From Alphaproteobacteria bacterium (lineage in GTDB: Bacteria > Pseudomonadota > Alphaproteobacteria > VGEJ01), in NCBI GenBank assembly GCA_965248765.1, contig CBDFKF010000003.1:386257-450256 (forward strand): 64,000 bases of DNA, read 5' to 3'. The notes under the pieces were generated by a model. The model worked only from the letters and a program-made list of their open reading frames with translations. It searched no databases and was not told where the DNA came from. How positions within the stretch are numbered: the first letter of the stretch is position 1; each line of letters opens with the position of its first letter. This document shows, in pieces, positions 1-9,452 of the stretch. The position numbers and the translations under genes are program-made.

Positions 1-59
1 ATCTTCCTCGGGCCGATTGCCATCGCTCGCATCGAGCCGCTCGTCGCGCCCGGCTTCTA
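1..59 (+). CDS. 3' end of an upstream gene (partial, C-terminal 19 codons ending TAA)
   Basis: Open frame runs off the left edge of the window and ends with TAA at 57-59. Too short to assign a function. Confidence 0.2.
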
Positions 60-983
60 ATGCCCGGACGCTTGCGGCGGGCGACCGCTGCCGCCTTCGG
101 CCTGGCCGGCGTCGACGACCCCGCGGCGGATCTCACGGGTCCGGCGGAACAAATCCTCAAGCGCCTGGCCGTCGCCCCAGCGGATAGCGCGTTGCAGGGC
201 CGTCAGGTCCTCGGTAAATCGCCCCAACATCTCCAGCACCGCTTCGCGGTTATTGAGGAAGATGTCGCGCCACATGACCGGATCCGAGGACGCGATGCGG
301 GTGAAGTCGCGAAAGCCGCCCGCGGAGTATTTGAACACCTCGGAACGGGTCACCACCTCGAGGTCGGCGGCGGTGCCGACGATGTTGTAGGCAATGATGT
401 GCGGGAGGTGCGAGGTGATCGCCAGCACGAGATCGTGGTGATGGGGATCCATGATCTCGATCTTCATGCCGGCCCGGCGCCACAGCTCCGAGACTCGCTC
501 GACCGCCGCCTGGTTGCTCTCCGGCGGCGGTGTCACGATGCACCAGTGGCCTTCGAACATCTCGGCGAAGCCCGCATCGGGTCCGGAGTGCTCAGTGCCG
601 GCGACCGGATGTGCGGGCACGAGATGGACGCCTTCGGGCACGAGCGGCCCGAGCTCGCGGATGACGGCCTGCTTGACCGAGCCGACGTCGGTGAGGACGG
701 CACCGGGTTTCAGATGCGGGGCCACCGCAGCCCCGAGATCGGCGTAAGCGCCCAATGGTGCGCACAGAACGATGATATCGGCCTCGGCGACGCATGAGAT
801 CGGGTCGTCGTGGACGCTGTCGACGATGCCGAGCTCTTCGACCCGCGCGCGCGTTGCCGCCGAACGCGCGGTACCGGCAACGTGTCCAGCAAGTCCATCG
901 CGCCGGATGGCGCGGGCGAGCGAGGAGCCGATCAGGCCGAGCCCGATGATGGCAATGCGGTCGCAAACAACGCGGTCGGCCAC
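57..983 (-). CDS. tyrC: prephenate/cyclohexadienyl dehydrogenase
   Basis: 308 aa. N-terminal Rossmann motif IAIIGLGLIGSS and the TyrA-family core (HPVAG...H...). Lies downstream of hisC, as in alphaproteobacterial hisC-tyrC operons. Confidence 0.85.
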   Translation of the reverse strand: MADRVVCDRIAIIGLGLIGSSLARAIRRDGLAGHVAGTARSAATRARVEELGIVDSVHDDPISCVAEADIIVLCAPLGAYADLGAAVAPHLKPGAVLTDVGSVKQAVIRELGPLVPEGVHLVPAHPVAGTEHSGPDAGFAEMFEGHWCIVTPPPESNQAAVERVSELWRRAGMKIEIMDPHHHDLVLAITSHLPHIIAYNIVGTAADLEVVTRSEVFKYSAGGFRDFTRIASSDPVMWRDIFLNNREAVLEMLGRFTEDLTALQRAIRWGDGQALEDLFRRTREIRRGVVDAGQAEGGSGRPPQASGH

Positions 984-989
984 GACGCT

Positions 990-2078
990 TCACCCGCCTC
1001 CGGCGGCCAAGCGGCCCAGGGATTCGAGCAAGAGCTCGTTCTCGCTGTCACGGCCGACGGTCACCCGCAGGCAGTCGGGCAGCCCATACGCACTCATGTC
1101 GCGGACGATGATGCCGTCGCGACGGAGATGAGTGTCGGCGGCATGCGCCGCACCCTCGTCGTCGAAGCGGACCAGCACGAAGTTGCCGACGCTCGGGATC
1201 ACGGCAAAGCCGGCAGCGGTGATCCCTTCGCTCAAACGGGGCAACCAGTCGTCGTTGTGGGCGCGCGCTTTGTCGAGGTGTGCAACGTCCTCGAGGGCGG
1301 CGATGCCGGCGGCCTGGGCCGCCGCGTTGACGTTGAAGGGCTGGCGCAGCCGGTTGAGGACATCGGCGATGGCCGGCGGACAATAGGCCCAGCCGAGACG
1401 GAGCGCGGCCAGCCCATAAGCCTTAGAAAAGGTCCGAGTCATCACCACCGTCTCATAGCGGTCGACCATCTCGAGGCCCGATGAATAATCGTTGCGCTCG
1501 ACGAACTCGGCGTAGGCGGCGTCGATCACCAACAGGACGTTCGCGGGCAGCCGCCCACGCAAACGCGTGAGCTCATCGGCGGATATGTAGGTGCCCGTCG
1601 GATTGTTGGGATTGGCGAGGTAAACGACGCGAGTGCGTTCGCTGGTGTGGGCCAGCAGCGCATCGACATCGGCGCGGTAGTCGGTCTCCGGCGCGGCCAC
1701 CGGTGTTGCGCCGACGCCCTTGGCCGAGAGGCGATAGACGAGGAACCCGTACTGTGAGTAGAGCACCTCATCGCAGGGGCCGGCGTAGGCGCGGGCCAGA
1801 AGGTCGAGCAGCTCATCGGAGCCGTTGCCGCAGACGATGCGGGCCGGATCGAGCCCGTGACGGCTCGCCAGCGCGTGGCGAAGTCCTTGGACCGGTCCGT
1901 CGGGATAACGGTGGAGCGCACACCCGACCTGGCGGTATGCGGCGATCGCCTTGGGGCTGGGGCCAAGCGCCGATTCGTTGGAGGCAAGCCTGACCACCTG
2001 CTCGACGCCTTTGATGGCGGAGCCACCGCCGACGTAGGGCACGATGTCGAGGATTCCCGGGCGCGGGGTGAGGTTCAT
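990..2078 (-). CDS. hisC: histidinol-phosphate aminotransferase
   Basis: 362 aa. Class-II aminotransferase signature (LASNESALGPSP..., FSKAYGLAALRLGWA, PLP-lysine context). In synteny with tyrC. Confidence 0.85.
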   Translation of the reverse strand: MNLTPRPGILDIVPYVGGGSAIKGVEQVVRLASNESALGPSPKAIAAYRQVGCALHRYPDGPVQGLRHALASRHGLDPARIVCGNGSDELLDLLARAYAGPCDEVLYSQYGFLVYRLSAKGVGATPVAAPETDYRADVDALLAHTSERTRVVYLANPNNPTGTYISADELTRLRGRLPANVLLVIDAAYAEFVERNDYSSGLEMVDRYETVVMTRTFSKAYGLAALRLGWAYCPPAIADVLNRLRQPFNVNAAAQAAGIAALEDVAHLDKARAHNDDWLPRLSEGITAAGFAVIPSVGNFVLVRFDDEGAAHAADTHLRRDGIIVRDMSAYGLPDCLRVTVGRDSENELLLESLGRLAAGGG

Positions 2079-2098
2079 CGGCGGTCTCGGCTGCGCGC

Positions 2099-2977
2099 TC
2101 AGCGCGCCGGCGCGAGTTCGCCAGCGCGCAAAGGTCGCGGGTAGCCGCCGAGCGCGGCCACCCGGGTGACGCTGGGCGCCATCGCCTGCAACAGCTCAGA
2201 AAGGCGCGAATCGCTGCCACCGAGAAACCCGCTCACCTCGATCAGGTGAAGACAACTGCCCTCACCCCTCCGCCCCCCGAAGGTCGCCGTACAACGGCCA
2301 TCGATGGAGACGCGCCGTAGCGCCTCGGCGAGACGCGGTCGGCTGATCTGCCCGTCGGCGGCCACCACGAGCAGGCTGACGTCATCGCCGCTCTCGATAA
2401 ACGGCGCCGATCCCACGACCAAGGCCGACAGTGGCTCGAAGCGCGCGGTCTGGTCCTCGAAATAGGGCAGCCGCATGATGATCCTCGGGCCTTTCTCGGG
2501 CACATCCACGAGCTGCGGCCACCACGGCGCCTCGTCGTCCTCGGGCAGTATCGGCAGCACGCCAAAGGCGCCCGGCTCGCTCGACACCGCCCGCATCACG
2601 ACACCGGGCGAGCGATGCAGGCTCATCAGCGTCGCCGAGCCGAAATGATTGCGGGCCAGATCCCAGTAACCGACGGAGTGCTCGGGCGCGCAGATGGCCA
2701 CCGAGGTGGACACCTGCAGGCGCAGGGACGCCGCCAGGATCTCGCGCCAGATGCGGTAGATCACGGCCGACGGCAATGGCCCCGAGTGCTCGCGCAGGCG
2801 CCGCCCGATCAGCGCAGCCTCGCGCTGGGGGCGCATCGGCCCATGGCCGCCATGCCGGTCCTTCTTGGCGGCAAGGGCGATGACCACCTCTGCGCGCCGG
2901 ATCAGCCGATCGTGTATGGCGTCGTCGATATCGTCGATCTCGGCGCGAAGACGATCGAGATCAGGGCCGTCCACCAT
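2099..2977 (-). CDS. chorismate mutase family protein (AroQ CM domain plus PheA-like PDT/ACT-like C-terminal region)
   Basis: N-terminal LRAEIDDIDDAIHDRLIRRAEVV is an AroQ chorismate mutase helix. The C-terminal part resembles a degenerate prephenate dehydratase. Located upstream of hisC-tyrC. Confidence 0.6.
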   Translation of the reverse strand: MVDGPDLDRLRAEIDDIDDAIHDRLIRRAEVVIALAAKKDRHGGHGPMRPQREAALIGRRLREHSGPLPSAVIYRIWREILAASLRLQVSTSVAICAPEHSVGYWDLARNHFGSATLMSLHRSPGVVMRAVSSEPGAFGVLPILPEDDEAPWWPQLVDVPEKGPRIIMRLPYFEDQTARFEPLSALVVGSAPFIESGDDVSLLVVAADGQISRPRLAEALRRVSIDGRCTATFGGRRGEGSCLHLIEVSGFLGGSDSRLSELLQAMAPSVTRVAALGGYPRPLRAGELAPAR

Positions 2978-3054
2978 CGGCTATTCCATGGAACCATGCT
3001 GGGGTGATGACCGCTAACAAGTAGACCCGTGATCGCCAAAAATCAAAGAAAACG

Positions 3055-4296
3055 TTGACATTTGAGGGTCTTGACGCGAGGTTGCTGTCCCTCCGCGGCA
3101 GCGCCGCTCCAGGATGCCGCGCCATGGGTGAAGTCTTGCAAACCCCGCTCGACGTTCAGACCATCACGCGGTTCGGCAAGGTGGTCGAGCTCGGTGGTGA
3201 GGTGCCGTTGACGCTCGACAGCGGCGCCGAGCTCGGGCCTTTCCATATGGCCTTCCAGACCTATGGCGAGCTCAACGCCGATCGTTCCAACGCCGTGCTC
3301 GCGTGTCACGCGCTGACCGGAGATCAGCATATTGCCGGCGCCCACCCCGTCACCGGCGGCGCCGGCTGGTGGGATTACACCGTCGGACCTGGCAAACCGC
3401 TCGATACCGACCGTTTCTTCGTCATCTGCTCGAACGTGCTCGGCGGCTGTATGGGCACCGCCGGGCCCAACCAGATCGATCCGCGCACCGGCGAGCTTCA
3501 CAGCACCAGCTTCCCGGTCGTCACCATCGCCGACATGGTCCGGGCTCAGGCCATGCTCTTGGATCACCTCGGCATCGAGACCCTGTTCTGCGTCATCGGC
3601 GGCTCGATGGGCGGCATGCAGGTGATTCAGTGGGCCGCAAGCTATCCCGAACGCGTGTTCGCGGCGGTGCCGATCGCCTGCTCGGCGCGCCACTCGGCCC
3701 AGAATATCGCCTTTCACGAGGTCGGCCGACAAGCGATCATGAGCGATGCCGACTGGCAGGCCGGCAACTATCTGCAGCACGACACCATCCCACGCCAAGG
3801 GCTCGCCGTCGCGCGCATGATGGCCCACATCACCTACCTCTCCGAGGCCGCGTTAGGGCGCAAGTTCGGACGCAACCTGCAGGATCGCTTCGCCATCACC
3901 TATGGCTTCGATGCCGATTTCCAGGTTGAAAGCTACCTCCGCCACCAAGGCCAGTCTTTCGTCGAGCGGTTCGATGCCAACTCGTACCTCTACATCACCC
4001 GGGCGATGGACTACTTCGATCTCGCTGCCGACCACGGCGGCGAGTTGGCCAACGCCTTCGCTGGCACCCCTGCGCGGTTCTGTCTGATCTCCTTCACCAG
4101 CGACTGGCTGTTCCCCACCGCCGAGAACCTGACCATCGTGCACGCGTTGAATGCGGTGGCCGCCAACGTCAGCTTCGTCGAGATCGAAACCGACACCGGG
4201 CACGATGCCTTCCTGTTGGACGTGCCCGAGTTTCACGCCGCCCTGCGGGGCTTCATCAATGGCGCCGCCGCGCACCGCGGGCTGCCGGCGCCGTGA
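3055..4296 (+). CDS. metX: homoserine O-acetyltransferase
   Basis: MetX family alpha/beta hydrolase with the GGSMGGMQ nucleophile elbow and conserved C-terminus. The true start may be ATG 3124 (MGEVLQT). The stop overlaps the metW start (GTGA). Confidence 0.88.
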   Translation: MTFEGLDARLLSLRGSAAPGCRAMGEVLQTPLDVQTITRFGKVVELGGEVPLTLDSGAELGPFHMAFQTYGELNADRSNAVLACHALTGDQHIAGAHPVTGGAGWWDYTVGPGKPLDTDRFFVICSNVLGGCMGTAGPNQIDPRTGELHSTSFPVVTIADMVRAQAMLLDHLGIETLFCVIGGSMGGMQVIQWAASYPERVFAAVPIACSARHSAQNIAFHEVGRQAIMSDADWQAGNYLQHDTIPRQGLAVARMMAHITYLSEAALGRKFGRNLQDRFAITYGFDADFQVESYLRHQGQSFVERFDANSYLYITRAMDYFDLAADHGGELANAFAGTPARFCLISFTSDWLFPTAENLTIVHALNAVAANVSFVEIETDTGHDAFLLDVPEFHAALRGFINGAAAHRGLPAP

Positions 4297-4931
4297 ACGA
4301 GACCGGCGCTGCGACGCCGGCGCGGGACAGGCTGCGGAGCGATCTACGGCTGGTTGCCGATCTGATTGAGCCGCAGACCCGCGTCCTCGACGTCGGCTGC
4401 GGCGACGGCGCGCTTCTCGACTACCTCGAGCACGCGAAGGGGGTGGACGCGCGCGGGGTGGAGATCAGCCAGGACGGGGTGCGCCACTGCGTCAGCCAGG
4501 GACTTTCGGTGATCCAAGGCGATGCTGACGCCGACCTCGGCGATTACCCCTCGGACGCCTTCGATTATGTGATCCTTAGCCAAACGCTGCAGACCGTGCG
4601 CGAGCCACGAACGGTGCTACAGGAGCTCACGCGTATCGGCCGGCGAGTCATCGTCTCGTTTCCCAACTTCGGATACTGGCGGGTGCGACTCTATCTGGCG
4701 GTGCGCGGGCGCATGCCGGTGACCCAGGCCCTCGGCCAGCCGTGGTACGAGACCGCCAATATCCACTTCTGCACGTTCCGCGATTTCGAGGCGCTATGCC
4801 GAGCCCTCGATGTGACGGTGCGTCGTCGGATCGCGATCGATCATCAGGGTCGGGTTGGATCATTCCCCGCCCTCGGGCCACTCGCCAACGTCTTCGGCGA
4901 AATCGGCGTCTTCGTGCTCGAGAAGCGCTGA
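4293..4931 (+). CDS. metW: methionine biosynthesis protein MetW
   Basis: 212 aa, methyltransferase-like (VLDVGCGDG). Translationally coupled to metX, the typical metXW pair. Confidence 0.85.
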   Translation: MNETGAATPARDRLRSDLRLVADLIEPQTRVLDVGCGDGALLDYLEHAKGVDARGVEISQDGVRHCVSQGLSVIQGDADADLGDYPSDAFDYVILSQTLQTVREPRTVLQELTRIGRRVIVSFPNFGYWRVRLYLAVRGRMPVTQALGQPWYETANIHFCTFRDFEALCRALDVTVRRRIAIDHQGRVGSFPALGPLANVFGEIGVFVLEKR

Positions 4932-4937
4932 GGAGAC

Positions 4938-5690
4938 CTAAGGGCGGCGCGCCGTCCGGCCCCGCCCGGCGACGGCAGCCGGCTGCGGCAGCGGCACCAA
5001 GAGACGTCGGCGACGGCGCGCTCTTTCAGGGGTAACGGCATAAATCTGCTTGCCGGCCTCGACCACCAGGACGCCCGAGAGCGCCGACAACCAACGCGCG
5101 CCCACGTTCTCCACCGCCGGCGCAGCGCGCAGCACCATGCGCCGGTTGACCGGTGGCATGTAGAGCGCGCCGGTCGTAAGGCCGGGCAAGAACATTGTGT
5201 CGCGCAGGAGCCTGATCAGTTGGGGCGGGCTATAGGGGTGGCCGTAGCCGAAGGGCGAGCGCGCGACCTGGGCCCAGATGCCGCGCCGGTTCGGCACGAC
5301 GGTCAATAGCCGGCCCTGCGCCGTCATCACTCGCCACACCTCGCGCATCAACGGCCGCACCTGCTCGCTCGTTTCCAGCGCGTGAACCATGAGGATGCAA
5401 TCGAAGCTGGCATCCTCGAACGGCAGTTCCTCCTCCTCGGCGAGGGTGACGAGGTTGCCGCTACCATCCGGCCAGTGCTCCACCCCCTGGTTCGCCGGCA
5501 TCACCGCGATGACGCGTTCGGCCTCTTCGCGGAACGGGCGCAGGAACGGCGTGGCATAACCGAGGCCGAGAACCCGCAGGCTGGCCGTATTGGGCCACAT
5601 CTCGCGCACGCGGCGGCGGATCATCCGACGCGCGACCTGGCCGAGGCTCGAGGCGTAGAAATGGCCAAGATCGATGACGTCAGGGCGCAT
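4938..5690 (-). CDS. class I SAM-dependent methyltransferase
   Basis: 250 aa. Methyltransferase fold motifs (VLGLGYATPFL..., FDCILMVHALE). High GC3. Confidence 0.55.
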   Translation of the reverse strand: MRPDVIDLGHFYASSLGQVARRMIRRRVREMWPNTASLRVLGLGYATPFLRPFREEAERVIAVMPANQGVEHWPDGSGNLVTLAEEEELPFEDASFDCILMVHALETSEQVRPLMREVWRVMTAQGRLLTVVPNRRGIWAQVARSPFGYGHPYSPPQLIRLLRDTMFLPGLTTGALYMPPVNRRMVLRAAPAVENVGARWLSALSGVLVVEAGKQIYAVTPERARRRRRLLVPLPQPAAVAGRGRTARRP

Positions 5691-5742
5691 GGTGGGACTC
5701 TACCATGTCGGGGCAGCGGCCCGCGGCTACAATGGTCAAACG

Positions 5743-6177
5743 ATGGAGGCGCCAACGATGGAGGCCGAGGAGGTCATCGTCCGGTACGGACTGGCGCCGC
5801 ACCCCGAAGGCGGCCATTACCGCGAGACGTACCGGGCACTGGCACCGGACGGCGGCCGCGGCGCGGTGACCGCGATCTACTACCTTTTGAAAGCCGGCGA
5901 GGTCTCGGCCTGGCACCGGATCGATGCGGTGGAGATTTGGCACTACTACGCCGGTGACCCCTTGCGGCTAGAGCTTTCATCCGACGGCATCGCGCTCACG
6001 ACCCGGCGCCTAGGCACCGGTGCGGACACCGAGCCCCAGGCCGTAGTGCCCACCGGCACGTGGCAGCGTGCGCATTCGGAAGGTGCCTGGAGCTTGGTCG
6101 GCTGCACGGTGGCGCCGGCTTTCGAGTTCGCCGGCTTTGAGCTGGCCTCGCCAGACTGGCATCCCGAGTGGGGCTAG
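5743..6177 (+). CDS. cupin domain protein (DUF985-like)
   Basis: Motif GLAPHPEGGHYRETYRA is typical of DUF985 cupins. Start chosen at ATG 5743. The ORF track extends further 5' and overlaps the divergent gene. Confidence 0.55.
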   Translation: MEAPTMEAEEVIVRYGLAPHPEGGHYRETYRALAPDGGRGAVTAIYYLLKAGEVSAWHRIDAVEIWHYYAGDPLRLELSSDGIALTTRRLGTGADTEPQAVVPTGTWQRAHSEGAWSLVGCTVAPAFEFAGFELASPDWHPEWG

Positions 6178-6187
6178 CGACGCGCCG

Positions 6188-7381
6188 TCAGACGATACCC
6201 TCGCCCAAGACCAACACGCCAAGCCCGTAGGCGCTGGCGAGGCCGACCACAAGCGCCGCCGAGCCGATACCGGTTTCGGTGAGGGCGAGGCGGCGCAGAA
6301 GCGCTTCATCGATGCGCGTCGCGGCGGCCTCGGCACCGCGTGCGAAGGCATCGGCGCCGAGGCCGTATCGTTGGAGCGTGACGCGGCAGCCTGTATCGAC
6401 CAAGTCCCGCACGAAGGATTCGTGCACGGCGAGATCGCGCGCTGCGAGCGTGTGTGGGATCTCGACCTCGAGCCGGCCGGCGAGCTCGCCCTGGGCCGAC
6501 AACAGTCGCACCAGCGCCTGGCGCCACGACGGCTCGTCAGTACCCGGCGCTCCGAGATTAAGAACGAAACGGGCGCCGTTGTGCCGCCCGACCTGGAGCA
6601 ACAGGCTGGCGAGGCGGTAGCGGGCGGCGTCGGGATCGCCGCAGTCGATAGGACGCCCGCGCCAATCGATCAGGCCGGCTCGGCACGCCCCGAGCACGGT
6701 ATCGCCGCCATCGGTCACCGATCGGAGAGCAAGGCGCAGCCGACCTCGAATCAACGCCGAGAGGAGGTCGGGTGGCGCCATCGAAACCGTAGCGGCAGGC
6801 GTCGTTGCCGGGCGGAACGGAACGAAGCGGGCGCCGCCGGTGCGGAGCGCCACGGCGATCGCCTGCTCTGCTCCGGCCATCGCCTCCCGGGCGGCCCGAG
6901 TGGCCGCGGGCAGCGCAGTCCCTCCGATCGACAAACTCACAGGGCCCGCCCACAGGCCGGCATTCGGCGCCCGCTCGCGCACCGAGCACAAGAGCTTAGT
7001 GGCAGTCGCCGCCATGGCGCCATCATCGCAGTCGTACAGCACAACGCCGAACCGGTCCTCGCCGATGCGTCCCATCGAATCGCGCGCTCGCAAAGAAAGG
7101 CCAAGTACCTGCTCGACGCCATGGACCACCGCCTCGGCGGGGGCCGGACCCTGCGCGGCGACAACGCGTGCGAGGCCATCGATACTGATGCAGAGGTAGG
7201 CGCAACTGCCACCGCTCGCTAGCGCATCGCGCAGAGCCTGGTCCAACAGCGCCCGTAGCCGCCGCCAGCTCTCGGCTGCGCGGTCGTCGCCGTCGAGCCC
7301 GGCGCCGCCCTGGTCGGCCTGCCCGTCGCGCTTGGCATTTGCCGTCATCGCCAGCCGATCCTCCCAAATCATTGCCACCAA
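6188..7381 (-). CDS. signalling protein with degenerate GGDEF-like and EAL-like regions
   Basis: 397 aa. GRIGEDRFGVVL resembles a degenerate GG(D/E)EF site. The C-terminal half is EAL-like but lacks canonical residues. High GC3. Confidence 0.45.
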   Translation of the reverse strand: MVAMIWEDRLAMTANAKRDGQADQGGAGLDGDDRAAESWRRLRALLDQALRDALASGGSCAYLCISIDGLARVVAAQGPAPAEAVVHGVEQVLGLSLRARDSMGRIGEDRFGVVLYDCDDGAMAATATKLLCSVRERAPNAGLWAGPVSLSIGGTALPAATRAAREAMAGAEQAIAVALRTGGARFVPFRPATTPAATVSMAPPDLLSALIRGRLRLALRSVTDGGDTVLGACRAGLIDWRGRPIDCGDPDAARYRLASLLLQVGRHNGARFVLNLGAPGTDEPSWRQALVRLLSAQGELAGRLEVEIPHTLAARDLAVHESFVRDLVDTGCRVTLQRYGLGADAFARGAEAAATRIDEALLRRLALTETGIGSAALVVGLASAYGLGVLVLGEGIV

Positions 7382-7559
7382 GCGTAGCTAACGTTGGTTA
7401 AGAATCACTCAAGATAGCCGGCCGCGGTCGGCGGTACTGATGCAGTCTGTATTCCCGATATGTTCCGGAATGATAAGCGGAAATCCTAATAGTTATGGTT
7501 AACGCAAGACCAACGTCGACCCACACCTCCGCCTACCTTGGGGAATCCCGTGGCACCAC

Positions 7560-7600
7560 CCGGTATTGACAATTTTTTTGTATTAAATGTTAAGTAATCT
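7560..7600 (+). promoter_or_regulatory. putative sigma70-like promoter (TTGACA ... TAAGTAAT) in an AT-rich island
   Basis: TTGACA at about 7566, followed by an AT-rich spacer and a TAAGTA/TATTAA -10 candidate. Located in a 50% GC island, 7390-7640. Confidence 0.3.
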
Positions 7601-7648
7601 TTCCACACTATCGTCGCGGGGAGACGTGGAAGCTAGGACGGGAGTGTT

Positions 7649-8098
7649 ATGCCCGCGGCGGTGGGATATGCCGCGCCGTTATCGGTTCTGCCCGATCCAC
7701 TGGCGCTGCCGAATCCAGCCAACGATGTGCTGGAGCGGCGGGATCGCGAGTCGGTCGCGCAGAGTTCGATCCGTGATGCCGATGCATCCGACGCCCGGCC
7801 GGAGCGGGCTCGGCGCGCCGGCCAGTTCCAGCGGCCGCGAAGCCGCGCTTCGGATGCTGAAACCGCGCAACGGCGTGGCAATGCTAGCCCGGAACGGCCA
7901 GGGAACGGCCGCGCGCCGCTCGGCTTCGGCGTACCGTCGAGCCCGTTTCTGACCCAGCTGATCGCCCAACAGATAATCCCCGAAGACGCGCCACCGCCAA
8001 CGGAATCGGCGGACGAGGGCATCAGCGCCTACCAGACCGTACAGCGGCAATCCGAATCGTTCTTCGGGCCGCTGATCCCGACTGAGATCCGCGTCTAG
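7649..8098 (+). CDS. hypothetical protein
   Basis: 149 aa ORF with a strong GC3 bias, downstream of a 240 bp AT-rich putative promoter region. No family recognised. Confidence 0.35.
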   Translation: MPAAVGYAAPLSVLPDPLALPNPANDVLERRDRESVAQSSIRDADASDARPERARRAGQFQRPRSRASDAETAQRRGNASPERPGNGRAPLGFGVPSSPFLTQLIAQQIIPEDAPPPTESADEGISAYQTVQRQSESFFGPLIPTEIRV

Positions 8099-8257
8099 CG
8101 GGCCGCATCACCCGCCCCACCGCAGCGACGGCGCATTTGCCGTTCGTATGACGATGTCCCTGTAACCGGGCGCGTGCGCCGTGCTATAGGCGCATCAGCA
8201 TGGCCGAGCGCTTGGGCCTGATCGAGGAAGCGGCGTCATGACAGCGAGGCTCGCGCG

Positions 8258-9238
8258 ATGAAGGTCTGCATCGTCGGCGCCGGTGCGATCGGTGGCTACA
8301 TCGCCGCCCTCTTGGCCGCCCATGGGCTTGAGGTGAGCCTGATCGCGCGCGGCCCCCACCTTGCCGCGATGCGCAAGGGTGGCCTCAAGCTCTTGATCGG
8401 CGGCGAGGAGATTGTGGTGCATCCTCAGTGCACCGACGATCCGGCCGAAGCCGGGCCGCAGGACTACGTCATCATCGCGCTCAAAGCGCATTCTGTGCCG
8501 CCCATGGCCTCGCGGCTGACGCCGTTGTTCGGGCCTGAGACCGCGGTGCTCACCGCAATGAACGGGATTCCGTGGTGGTACTTCTACCGGCTCGAAGGAC
8601 CGTTCGAGAACCGGCGGCTGGCGACCGTCGATCCCGACGGCAGCCAGTGGGACAGCATCGGGCCGGAGCGCGCCATCGGCGCGGTGCTCTACCAGGCCTG
8701 CGAGATCGCCGCGCCCGGTGTCATCCGCCACATCGTCGGCGACCGTATTCCGATCGGCGAGCCCGACGGCACCCTGTCGGAGCGCTGCGCGCGCTTGAGT
8801 GAGACGATGATCGGCGCCGGCATCAAAGCGCCGGTGCGCCCGCGCATTCGCGACGAGATTTGGATGAAGCTGTGGGGCAACCTCTCGATCAACCCGGTAA
8901 GTGTGCTGACCCAGTCGACGATGGAGACCATCGCCACCGACCCCGGCACTCACGCGATCGTGCGGGCGATGATGGTCGAAGCCCAGGCGATCGCCGACAA
9001 GCTCGGGGTGCACTTTGCTATCACCGTCGATGAGCGCATCGAGGACGCCCGTTCAGTCGGCGCCCACCGCACCTCGATGCTCCAAGACCTCGATGCCGAC
9101 CGGCCAATGGAGATCGAGGCGCTGGTCGGCGCCGTCCGAGAGCTCGGCCAGCTGGTCGAGGTGCCGACCCCGACGATCGACATGATCTACGCGCTGACAG
9201 TTCGGCGCGCGCGCGAGGCCGGCTGCTACCCGGGATGA
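8258..9238 (+). CDS. panE: 2-dehydropantoate 2-reductase (ketopantoate reductase)
   Basis: 326 aa. N-terminal VCIVGAGAIGGY Rossmann motif and the ApbA/PanE family core and C-terminal domain. Confidence 0.85.
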   Translation: MKVCIVGAGAIGGYIAALLAAHGLEVSLIARGPHLAAMRKGGLKLLIGGEEIVVHPQCTDDPAEAGPQDYVIIALKAHSVPPMASRLTPLFGPETAVLTAMNGIPWWYFYRLEGPFENRRLATVDPDGSQWDSIGPERAIGAVLYQACEIAAPGVIRHIVGDRIPIGEPDGTLSERCARLSETMIGAGIKAPVRPRIRDEIWMKLWGNLSINPVSVLTQSTMETIATDPGTHAIVRAMMVEAQAIADKLGVHFAITVDERIEDARSVGAHRTSMLQDLDADRPMEIEALVGAVRELGQLVEVPTPTIDMIYALTVRRAREAGCYPG

Positions 9239-9317
9239 GTGCAGCCGGCGCACACCAATAGCGCGCGGCATCCGATCACACTAAGCTGAGAGCGGGGCTA
9301 CGCTTATCGGGGCGGTC

Positions 9318-9452
9318 ATGCCACGTGATATCGGCGAATGGCTTGAAGGGTTGGGTCTCTCCAAGTACGCGCCCGCGTTCGCCGAACAGGAGATCGCTCT
9401 GCGCGATGTGGTGCGGCTGATGGCCAAGGCACTGCTCGAGGAGTTGGGTTGA
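9318..9452 (+). CDS. 44-aa SAM-domain-like micro-ORF
   Basis: MPRDIGEWLEGLGLSKYAPAFAEQEIALRDVVRL resembles the N-terminal SAM domain of adenylate/guanylate cyclases. Its stop overlaps the next ATG (TGATG). Could be a gene remnant. Confidence 0.3.
   Translation: MPRDIGEWLEGLGLSKYAPAFAEQEIALRDVVRLMAKALLEELG

Noticed and set aside
60-1484. Long plus-strand ORFs (60-797, 810-1484) overlapping tyrC and hisC
   Set aside because: They are antisense to well-supported genes and have no family resemblance. Open reverse-strand frames are expected in 68% GC DNA, where TTA, CTA and TCA are rare.
6068-7222. 384-aa plus-strand ORF
   Set aside because: Antisense to the GGDEF/EAL-like gene. No motifs.
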